From positions 27,984 to 91,983 of the forward strand of contig JBBILR010000002.1 in the NCBI GenBank assembly GCA_037444825.1: 64,000 nucleotides of DNA, written 5' to 3'. Made by a program: the position numbers and the translations under genes. Below the pieces are notes generated by a model that was not told where the DNA came from, searched no databases, and saw only the letters and a program-made list of their open reading frames with translations. The stretch is from Acidobacteriota bacterium. Lineage in GTDB: Bacteria > Acidobacteriota > UBA4820 > DSQY01. Of this stretch, positions 1 to 9,300 are shown one piece after another (the first letter of the stretch is position 1; each line of letters opens with the position of its first letter).

Positions 1-312
1 GACGTGACCTTCCTGGACGACGCGGGCCGGTCGGAGCTGTGCGTCCAGCGGTCCAACGGGAGGTACCAGTGGACGAACCGGGACGGGAGCGTCTACACGG
101 GCACGCTGGTGGTGGCCAACGGGGGGACGGCCTTCTGGACAACCCCCGAGGACCCGACGTACATCTTCGCCACCTACGACGTGCGGCGAAAGCGGGCGCG
201 GGGCTACTTCACGAACAGCGAGGACGGAAGCTACAACTCCCTCTCGGACCGGAACACCACCAACAACCCCCCCTGCGGGAGCCTCGTCTTGCCGGGGGCG
301 CCATCCCGCTAA
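1..312 (+). CDS. 3' end (last 103 codons) of a gene that starts outside the window; hypothetical protein
   Basis: Open frame from the window edge to TAA at 310-312. Composition is ordinary (Thr/Asn/Tyr/Asp rich), unlike the Arg/Gly/Pro-biased spurious ORFs. It is followed directly by a canonical hairpin plus T-tract terminator. Confidence 0.55.
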   Translation, partial: DVTFLDDAGRSELCVQRSNGRYQWTNRDGSVYTGTLVVANGGTAFWTTPEDPTYIFATYDVRRKRARGYFTNSEDGSYNSLSDRNTTNNPPCGSLVLPGAPSR

Positions 313-336
313 GATCCGCCTTCGTGGAACCGGGGA

Positions 337-367
337 GAGCGCGGGGCGCAAGCCCCGCGCTTTCTTT
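337..367 (+). terminator. Rho-independent terminator for the partial upstream gene
   Basis: Perfect 9-bp stem GCGCGGGGC (339-347), loop GCAA, GCCCCGCGC (352-360), then TTTCTTT (361-367). No U-tract on the opposite side, so it is unidirectional. Confidence 0.7.
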
Positions 368-447
368 GTGCCCCGCCGGGGGGAATCCGGCGGCCAAGGA
401 AGGCTTTGGGGGGCCGGTTCCGGAGGAGGCGGCCCCGGGGGGAGTCT

Positions 448-1398
448 TCAGTAAAACATCCGCCGGGCCAGGGGGAGGTCCCGAAAGTACGCCCTCGCCC
501 GTTCCACGTCCTCGGCGATCTGCGCCTTGAGAGCCTCGGGGGAGGGGAACTTCCGTTCGGGCCGCAGGAACTGGAAGAAGAGGCAGCGGATCCGCCTCCC
601 GTAGAGGTCCCCCTCCGCGGAGAGGAGGTGGACCTCCACCGTGACCTCCCCCTCCCCGAAGGTGGGCCGCACGCCGAGGTTGGCCACGGCGGGGCGGAGG
701 AGGGGATCGCCGTTGTCCACGGCCACCACGTACACCCCGCGGGCGGGGATCAGCTCGTTGTCGATGGAGAGGTTGGCGGTGGGGTACCCCAGCTCCCGGC
801 CCCGGCCGTCGCCGTGGGCCACCACCCCTTCGATGATGTACGGCCGCCCCAGGAGACGGACGGCCTTTTCCATCTCCCCCTCGAGGAGCAGTCTTCGGAT
901 GGTGGAGGAGGAGACCTCCACGCCGTCCACCTTGAGCTTGGGGAAGGCGAAGGCCTCGTACCCCAGTTCGGCGGCCAGGGATTTGAGAAAGGTGATGTCC
1001 CCCGTGCGCTGGTACCCGAACCGAAAGTCGTCGCCGATGTAGATCTCCCGGGGGGAGAGCCTGTGGCAGAGGAGGCGCACGAAGGCTTCGGCGGAGAGGC
1101 GCCCGAAGGCCTCGTCGAAGGGGACCTCCAGAAGGACCTGGATGCCCAGGTGGGCGAGAATGTCCCGCTTCTGCGAAAGGGTCTGGATGAGCTGGGGGGC
1201 CTTTTCGGGGTGGAGGACCTTGAGGGGGTGGGGTTCGAAGGTCACCACCACGCTGGTCCCCCCCTCTTCCCGTGCGCGGGAGATGACCTTTCGCAGAATC
1301 CGTTTGTGGCCTCGGTGGAGGCCGTCGAAGTTTCCGATGGTGACCATCACCGGGGCGGTGAGGGGGGGGATCCGGTCCAGGTCCTTGAGCAGGATCAT
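448..1398 (-). CDS. ribF: bifunctional riboflavin kinase / FMN adenylyltransferase
   Basis: 316-aa ORF with the N-terminal FAD-synthetase nucleotidyltransferase motif GNFDGLHRGH and the C-terminal riboflavin-kinase motif (GYPTANL...EVHLL). Start overlaps the pgpA stop. Confidence 0.9.
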   Translation of the reverse strand: MILLKDLDRIPPLTAPVMVTIGNFDGLHRGHKRILRKVISRAREEGGTSVVVTFEPHPLKVLHPEKAPQLIQTLSQKRDILAHLGIQVLLEVPFDEAFGRLSAEAFVRLLCHRLSPREIYIGDDFRFGYQRTGDITFLKSLAAELGYEAFAFPKLKVDGVEVSSSTIRRLLLEGEMEKAVRLLGRPYIIEGVVAHGDGRGRELGYPTANLSIDNELIPARGVYVVAVDNGDPLLRPAVANLGVRPTFGEGEVTVEVHLLSAEGDLYGRRIRCLFFQFLRPERKFPSPEALKAQIAEDVERARAYFRDLPLARRMFY

Positions 1399-1886
1399 GC
1401 GAGCCTCGTCACGACGATGGTCAGGATGCCGGCCAGGGCGCCGGCCAGAAGGTCGTCGGCCATCACGCCCAGGGTGCCGGGCAGTCTTTCCAGGGTGGCG
1501 ATGGGAAAGGGCTTGAAGACGTCCAGGAGGCGAAAGAGGAGAAAGGCGATGAGGAGGTAAGGGAACTCCGGGTCCAGGAAGGCGAGGGCCGCCAGCATCC
1601 CGGCCACCTCGTCGAGGATGACGAAGGAGGGATCGCGCTGTCCGGAGGCGGCCAGCACGGGGGGGACGGCCAGAAAGGCCAGGGCCAGGAGGACGGCCAT
1701 TTCCGCGAGGGCCAGGATCCAGCCCGTGCGCGGAGGGAGAAGAAAGGCCGGAAGGTAGAGAAAGAGGCCCACGGCGGCCCCCACGGTGCCCGGCATGAGG
1801 GGGGTGTAGCCCAGCCCCAGGACGGTGGCCGCCGCCTGGGCCCAGAGGGGGCCGTTCTTGAGCGGTCTCGGCTCACGCGGGGCCAA
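1395..1886 (-). CDS. pgpA: phosphatidylglycerophosphatase A
   Basis: 163-aa hydrophobic protein with PgpA-family motifs (GTVGAAVG, DEVAGM, RLLDVFKPFPI). Overlaps rimO (14 nt) and ribF (4 nt), typical operon packing. Confidence 0.8.
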   Translation of the reverse strand: MAPREPRPLKNGPLWAQAAATVLGLGYTPLMPGTVGAAVGLFLYLPAFLLPPRTGWILALAEMAVLLALAFLAVPPVLAASGQRDPSFVILDEVAGMLAALAFLDPEFPYLLIAFLLFRLLDVFKPFPIATLERLPGTLGVMADDLLAGALAGILTIVVTRLA

Positions 1887-3192
1887 GGATCTCTCCCACG
1901 AGGTCGTAGGGGTGCGCCTCCGTGACGCGGACCTTGGCGAAGGTCCCCGGAGGGGCGAAGCCGTCGTTGAGGAGAACCTTGCCGTCCACGTCGGGGGCCT
2001 GGGTGGGGAGGCGGCCCTCCAGGAGGTGCTCGGTCTCCTCGGAGACCCCTTCCACCAGCACGGTGACCTTCTGGCCCACCCGGGCGAGGTTCTTTTCGTA
2101 GGAGACGGCCTGCTGGAGGGCCAGTAGCCGCTCCTGGCGCCGGCGCTTGGTGCGGTTGTCCACGGGGTCGCCCAGGGGATGGGCCTTGGTCCCCTCCTCC
2201 CGGGAGTAGGTGAAGACGCCTAGGTGGTCGAAGCGGGCCTCCCTCACGAAATCCAACAGGAGACGGAAGTGCTCGCGCCTTTCCCCGGGGAAGCCCACGA
2301 TGAAGGTGGACCGCACGGCGAGGCCGGGGACGGTTCGCCGCGCCTTTTCGAGAAGGCGGAGAAAGGCCTCGGCGGAGCCCCCTCTCCCCATGGCCCCCAG
2401 GATCTCGGGGTGGGCGTGCTGGAGGGGAAGGTCGAGGTAGGGCACCACCCGGGAGCAGGAGGCCATGGCCTCCAGCAGGGGGCGGCGCAGGCGGTTGGGG
2501 TAGGCGTAGAGGACCCGGATCCAGGGAACCTCCGTCTCCTTCTCCAGGCGGCGCAGCAGCATGGCCAAGCCGTCCTTGAGCCCCAAGTCCCGGCCGTAGT
2601 CGGTGGTGTCCTGCGCGACGAGGACCGCCTCCCTCACCCCCCGCTCCGCCAGGGAGCGGACCTCCCGGACCACGTCGTCCGGGGGGCGGGAGCGGAAGGC
2701 GCCGCGGAAGGAGGGAATGGGGCAGAAGGAGCAGGGGTTGTCGCAGCCTTCGGCGATCTTGACGTACGCGAGGTGGGGCGGCGTGGAGAGGAGGCGGGGG
2801 GAGAGGCCGTCGTAGAGCGGCATCTCGACGCCCACGGGGGCGTCGGGTTTCTCCTCCGTGAGCAGGCGGGCCACCTGGCCCACCGCCCCCAGGGGGATGA
2901 AGCCGTCGATCTCCGGGATAGCCTGGCGAAGCTCCTCCTTGTAGCGCTCCACCAGGCACCCCGCCACGAGGAGGCGGCGGACGCGTCCCTCCTTCTTGCG
3001 CACCGCCACCTCGAGGATGGCCCGGATGGACTCCTCCTTGGCGGCGTCGATGAAGCCGCAGGTGTTCACGATGACCGTTTCGGCGTCGGGGTCCGCCGTC
3101 ACCTCGTGGCCGGCCGCCCGGAGTTGCCCGAGCATCCACTCGCCGTCCACCCAGTTCTTGGGGCACCCCAGCTGGACCATGGCCAGGCGCAT
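1873..3192 (-). CDS. rimO: ribosomal protein S12 methylthiotransferase (radical-SAM MTTase)
   Basis: MTTase N-domain (MRLAMVQLGCPKN), radical-SAM CxxxCxxC (CSFCPIPSFRG) and C-terminal TRAM domain. RimO-type rather than MiaB-type N-terminus. ATG at 3192 chosen over the upstream ORF extension. Confidence 0.85.
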   Translation of the reverse strand: MRLAMVQLGCPKNWVDGEWMLGQLRAAGHEVTADPDAETVIVNTCGFIDAAKEESIRAILEVAVRKKEGRVRRLLVAGCLVERYKEELRQAIPEIDGFIPLGAVGQVARLLTEEKPDAPVGVEMPLYDGLSPRLLSTPPHLAYVKIAEGCDNPCSFCPIPSFRGAFRSRPPDDVVREVRSLAERGVREAVLVAQDTTDYGRDLGLKDGLAMLLRRLEKETEVPWIRVLYAYPNRLRRPLLEAMASCSRVVPYLDLPLQHAHPEILGAMGRGGSAEAFLRLLEKARRTVPGLAVRSTFIVGFPGERREHFRLLLDFVREARFDHLGVFTYSREEGTKAHPLGDPVDNRTKRRRQERLLALQQAVSYEKNLARVGQKVTVLVEGVSEETEHLLEGRLPTQAPDVDGKVLLNDGFAPPGTFAKVRVTEAHPYDLVGEILGPA

Positions 3193-3304
3193 GGCGCCTC
3201 CCGCGGGGGAAAAGGTAGCACGGGGCGGGGGAGGGGGCAACGCGGGAGGGCGGGGGCGAAAAAAAGGGGCCCCCGAAGGGGCCCCCAGGGGAAAAGACTC
3301 GGAC

Positions 3305-6300
3305 TCACCAGGACCAGACGGTGGTGGCCTCGCCGCCGTCGGGGTTGACGAAGCGGAAGGTCTTGGGGACCCCCCTGGGCACGGTGGTCTTGAGGGTGGA
3401 TCCGGTGAGGACGATCTTCGTGGAGGACTTGTAGACGACGCCGGTCCACTCGGTCCCGTCGATGTACACCTTGATCCCCTGCTGGAGGTTGGATCCGTTG
3501 ACGACGATCTTGAAGGGCGGGGACTTCTTGACCATGGAGGCGATGACCGGGGGATCCACGATGGTGATGGTCTGGGAGGCGGTGGCCGTCTGGCCCAGGC
3601 CGTCGGTTACGGTCAGCGTGATGGTGTAGGTGGCCTTGGTGGCCCAGGCGTGGCTCACGGAGGCGCCCGTGGCCGTGCCCCCGTCTCCGAAATTCCAGGC
3701 GTAGGCGTAGTGGCCGTCCCCGCCCGACGCGGAGGCGCTGAAGGTGACGGGAACGTTGGGGCCGGCGGAGGAGCGGCCGGAAATGGAGGCGCTCACGGGG
3801 CCGTAGACCTTCACGGTGACCTCGTTGCTCTGGGCCGAATTCCCGGCGCCGTCGTAAACGGTGGCCCTCGCGGTGTAGGTGCCCGGGGCCGAATAGGCGT
3901 GGGTGGGGTTCGCGCCCGAACCCGACGAACCGTCCCCGAAGGCCCAGGTGAAGGTGGGGAAGTACCCGTCGCCGCCGGAGGCGGAAACGTGGAACGACAC
4001 GGCCTGGCCAACCCGGGCCCGGGAGGGCTGCACGGTGGCCCTGGCCATGACGGGGGAGTACACCCGCACGGTGACGGGGGCGCTGGTCTTCACGGACCCC
4101 TGGCTGTCCATGACCGTGACGATGGCCGCGTAGGTCCCGGGGACGGCGTAGGTGTGGGCGGGGGGATCGGCGGAGGTGCCGGTGCCCCCGTCCCCGAAGG
4201 ACCAGGCGTAGGTGTACGGGGTGGAGCCGCCCGTGGCGGCGCAGGAGAAGTCCACGGAGAGCGGCGCCGAACCGGAGGGGTTGGAGGGGGAGGCCGTGAC
4301 GGTGACCGCCAGGCTCGAGACCGTGATGGTCGTCGCGGCGCGGGCGGTGTATCCGGAGGCGTCGGTGGCGGTGACCTGGGCCGTATAGGTTCCGGCCGCG
4401 GTGTAGGTGTGGCTCGCGGAGGCTCCCGTGGCCGTGTTGCCGTCTCCGAAGTCCCACGAGTAGCCGTAGGGAGGCGTGCCGCCCGTGGCGGCGGCCTGGA
4501 GGGTCACCGCGAGGGGAGCCGGCCCCGCCGCGGGGGTGGCCGCGGCGGAGACGCCGAAGGCCACGCAGAGGGAGTGGAGGGCCCCGCCGTCGGCCTGGAG
4601 GACGCCGGAAACGCCGGTGACCTGAACGGGGGTGCTCCGCGTGGTGGTGGTTCCGTCGCCCACCTGGCCGTCGCCGTTGGTGCCCCACGCCCACAGCGTG
4701 TGGTCGGTGCGGATGAGGAGGCTGTGGCGGTCGCCGGCGGCCACGGCGGAGGCGTTGGCGATCCCGGGGAGCTGCACGGGGGCGCGGCGGTCGGTGGTGG
4801 TTCCGTCTCCCAGCTGGGCGTAGTAGTTGTCGCCCCACACCCAGAGGGTCCCGCCGGACTTCACGGCGAGGTTGTGGTCCCGCCCCGCGGCGATGGCGGT
4901 GACGTCCGTGAGCCCCGAGACCTGGACGGGAGTCCGGCGGGTGGTCGTCGTGTTGTCGCCGCACTGGCCGTCGGCGTTGTTCCCGCAGGCCCAGACCGTG
5001 CCGTCGCTCTTGAGGATCAGCGTGTGGTGCTCGCCGGCGGCCACGGCGGAGGCGGTGACGATCCCCGAGACCTGCACGGGGGTGTGGCGGTCGGTGCTCC
5101 CCCCGTCGCCGCACTGGCCGTAGTAGTTGTCGCCCCACGCCCACACGGTGCCGTTGGACTTTCGGGCCACGGCGTGGTAGCCGCCCGCGGCGATGGCGGT
5201 GACGCCCGTGAGGCCCGAGACCTGGACCGGCGTGAACCGGTCGGTGGTGGTCCCGTCGCCGAGGTTCCCGTTTCCGTTGTCGCCCCACCCCCAGACGGTC
5301 CCGTCGGCCTTGAGGGCGAGGCTCCAGTTGATGCCCGCCGCCACCTGCACCACGTTGGAGAGGCCCTGCACCTGCTTCGGGAAGCGGCTGGGAGTCTGGG
5401 TGCCGTCGCCCAGCTCGCCCGAGCCGTTGTTGCCCCAGGCCCAGACCGTCCCGTCGGCGGCGAGGCCCAGGGAGTGGTCGCTACCCGCGGCCACCTGCAC
5501 GAAGGCGGAGGGGCCCAGCACGCCCACGGGACCGGTGCGGTCGGAGCCGCTGGTGCCGTCGCCCACCTCCCCGCTGTTGTTGTTGCCCCATCCGTGGGCG
5601 TTGGAGGCCACGGAGAGGACGGCCGTCTGACTGTAGGTGCTGCCGCAGGAGGCGGTGACCTTCACCCAGTACCTTTTCGTGGTCTGGACGGCGGGCGTGG
5701 TGTACGTGCTGGAGGTGGCCCCCGAGATGGGGGAGGTGATGGTCCCGCTGGGCCCCTCGTACCACTGGTAGGAAAGGGCGGTGGTGCCCTGGGCCGCCAC
5801 CGAAAGGGTGACGCTGGACCCGGGGCTCACCACCTGGCTTTGCGGGTGCGCCGTGATGCGGGGCTTGACGCAGGTGGCGTTGGTGACGGTGACGGTCCCC
5901 GTCTGCACGCACGGCTGGGCGCCGGTGGCGGTGGCCGTTAAGGTCCAGGTGTAGGTTCCGGGCGCTAAGTAGGCGTGGGTGGGGTTCTGCAAGGTGGAGA
6001 GGGGCGCCCCGTCCCCGAAGTTCCACTCGTAGCCCACGCCTCCGGTGCCGCAGGAAGAGACGGCTTGGCCGAAGAAGGCCGCCGGGACGGCGGTGAAGGC
6101 CGACGTGGGGGCCCAGGCCTGGCAGGTGACGGCGCAGGGGCTCCCGCACTGGCTCACGGCGCGGGCGTAGGCGGTGCACCCCTGGTAGGTCACGCAGATC
6201 TCCAGGTCGTGGACCGACCCGTCGGTGTAGATCGTGTCGTAGGAGATGACGTACTGGTTGTTGATGAGGTTGCCGATGTCGGTGAGGATCTGCTGGAGGG

Positions 6301-9300
6301 CCCCGGCGTCGGTCCCCCGGTAGTACTTCCCGCCCGTCTGGTCGGCGATCCGCTGCATCACCGCGTCGTCGGGGCTTCCGAAGCCGATGGTGTAGATGGG
6401 GATGCGGGCCTGCTGGGCGTAGGCGATGATCTCCGCCTCGGTGTGGGAACTGCTGTTGTCCTCCCCGTCGGTCATGGCGAGGACCGCCTTGCGGCCCGTC
6501 TTGGCGGCGGTGGCCACGAGGGCGTCATAGGTGGCGTCGAAGAAGGCGGTGGAGCCTCCGCTGTAAGCGTACCCGTCGATGGCGGCGTAGAGGGCCTGCT
6601 TGTCGGCGGTGAAGTCGATCACGAAGTCCACCTGCGAATCGAAGCCCCAGACCGCCACCTGGTCCGACGCGCCGAGGAGGCCCACGAAGGTCTTGGCCGC
6701 GTTCTTCTCCAGCTGGAACTGGGAGGAGCCGAGGCTGCCCGAGTTGTCGATGGTGATGCCCACGTAGAGGGTGGATCCGCTCTGTCCCGCGCCGGTCACG
6801 GTGAAGTTCTGCGGCACGCCGTCCTCGCTGACGCAGAAGGAGGAGGCGGTGAGCCCCTGGACCGGCTGGCCCTGGCCGTCGAAGACGCTGACCACCGCCT
6901 GCACCGTGGGGCACCGGGAGGGGTCCACCTGGGCGATGGCGAGGGTGGGGCAGGTTCCCGACGCCCCGCACCGGAAGGTCCCCTGGACCCACCGGGTGCA
7001 CCCGCCGGTGGTCACGCAGAACCGGAGGTCGTGCAGGGCGCCGTCGGTCTTGGTGGTGGTGTAGGAGACCACGTACTGGCTTCCGAGGAGGGTGCCGATG
7101 GCGGAGAGGATCTGCTGGAGGTTCTGGGAGGAGGCCGAGGCGAAGAAGAGGCCGCCCGTCCTCGCGGCGATGTCCTGAAGGACGGCCTGGTCGGCGCTCC
7201 CGAAGGCGATGGTGAAGACGGGGATGCCGAGGCTCTGCGCGTAGAGGACGAGCTCGTCCTTGCCGTGGGAGGAGGAGTTGTCCTCCCCGTCCGTCATGGC
7301 CACGACGGCCTTTCGGCCGGACTTGGAGGCGGCGTTCGTGAGCGCCGCCCATACCCCGTCGTAGAAGGCCGTCATCCCCCCCTTGTAAGGGTAGCCGTCG
7401 ATGGCGGCGAGCAGGGTGGGTTTGTTCGACGTGAAGTCCTGGACCAGGTCCACCGTGCTGGTGAAGCCGTACACCGCGCACTGGTCGCCGGCGCCCAGCA
7501 GGTTCACCAGGGCCTTGGCGGCGGTCTTTTCGTCGTTGAAGGCCGACGAGCCGAGGGAGCCCGAGTTGTCGATCACCTGCGCGAGATACAGGGAGGTCCC
7601 GCTCTGGGAGGCGGTGGTCACCGTGAAGTTCGTGATGGAGGCGCCGTCCTCCTCGACGCAGAAGGCGGAAGAGGAGAGGCCCGTGACGGGGTTCCCGGTG
7701 GCGTCCCGGACCGTGAGAATTCCCCTCACCGTCGGGCACGCGGAGGTGTCCACCTGGGCCAGCGTCACCTGGGGGCAGTTGCCCCCGCCGGAGGTCCCGC
7801 ACCGCATGGTTCCCGAGGCGTAGGTGGTGGGGCAGCCGGGGAGGCTCTGGAGGCAGACGTCGAGGGCGTGGCTCTGGCCGTCGTTCTTCGTGGTGGTGTA
7901 GGTGAGGACGTACTGGTTGTTGATGACGTTGCCGATGTCGGTGAGGATCTGCTGGAGGTTCTGCGAGGTGGCCGAGGCGTAGTAGCGGCCGCCGGTCTGG
8001 GTGGCGATGGCGGTGAGGACCGCCACGTCCGCCGAGCCGAAGCCGATGGTGAAGACGGGGATGCCCAGGCTCTGGGCGTAGGCGATGAGTTCGGCCTGGG
8101 AGTGGGAGGAGGAGTTGTCCTCCCCGTCGGTCATGGCGATGACGGCCTTTCGCCCCGTCCTCGGCCCCGTGAGGGAGAGGGCCTGGTAGACCGCGTCGTA
8201 GAAGGCCGTCATCCCCCCCTTGTAGGGGTACCCGTCGATGGCGGCCTGGAGGGCGGCCTTGTCGGTGGTGAAGCCCTGGACGAGGTCCACCTGGCTCGTG
8301 AACCCCAGGAAGGCCGCGGCGTCCCCGGCGGCCAGGAGACCCACCAGGGCCTCGGCGGCGTTCTTCTCGTCGGCGAAGGCCGAAGAGCCGAGGCTTCCGG
8401 AGTTGTCCACCACCAGGGCCGCCTGGAGCGCGTTTCCGCCCCCGCTGCCGGTGGTGAGGGAAAAGCTCTGGGAGACCCCGTCCTCCGAGAGGCAGAAGTT
8501 GGAGGCCGTGAGACCCGTCACCGCCTGTCCCGAAGGGCTGGTCACCGTGACCACGACCTTCACCGTGGGGCAGGAGGCGGTGTCCACCTGGGAGACGGTG
8601 AGGGTGGGGCAGCTCCCGCCGGCGCCGCAGGTGAAGGAGCCCTGGGCGGTGAGGAGGGAGCAGCCGGGGGCCTGGACGCAGGGTTCCAGCGTGTGGCTCT
8701 GGCCGTCGGCGCGTGGGGTGGTGTAGGTGATCACGTACTGGTTGTTCATGACGGCGCCGATGGCTTGGAGGATGGCCTGCAGGTTCCCCGAGGAGGCGGC
8801 GGCGTAGAAGCGGCCCCCCGTCTGGGTGGCGATGGCCTCCAGGACCTGGGTGTCCGCGCTACCGAAACCGACGGTGAAGACGGGGATGCCGAGGCTCTGC
8901 GCGTAGGCGATGAGCTGGGCCTGGGAGTGGGAGGAGGAGTTGTCCTCCCCGTCGGTCATGGCGACGACGGCCTTCCGGCCGTTTCGGGTGGAGGTGTTGG
9001 AGAGGGCCTGGTAGACCGCGTCGTAGAAGGCCGTCATGCCGCCCTTGTACGGGTAGCCGTCGATGGCCGCGGAGAGGGCGGCCTTGTCGGCGGTGAAGTC
9101 CATCACCAGGTCCACGGCGCTGGTGAAGCCGTAGACCGCCGCCTGGTCGGAGGCGCCCAGGAGGGCGATGAAGGCCTCGGCGGCGGCTTTCTCTTCGTGG
9201 AACGAAGACGACCCCAGGCTGCCGGAGTTGTCCAGCACCAGGGCGGTGTAGAGGTCCCCTCCCCCCGACGAGCCATGGGTGACGGTGAAGTTCGTCACGG

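Noticed and set aside
2996-5941. 981-aa plus ORF and 729-aa minus ORF (3099-5288) overlapping the RCC1/PKD part of the giant secreted-protein gene
   Set aside because: Compositionally biased (G/R/H/P), no domain signatures. Shadow ORFs.
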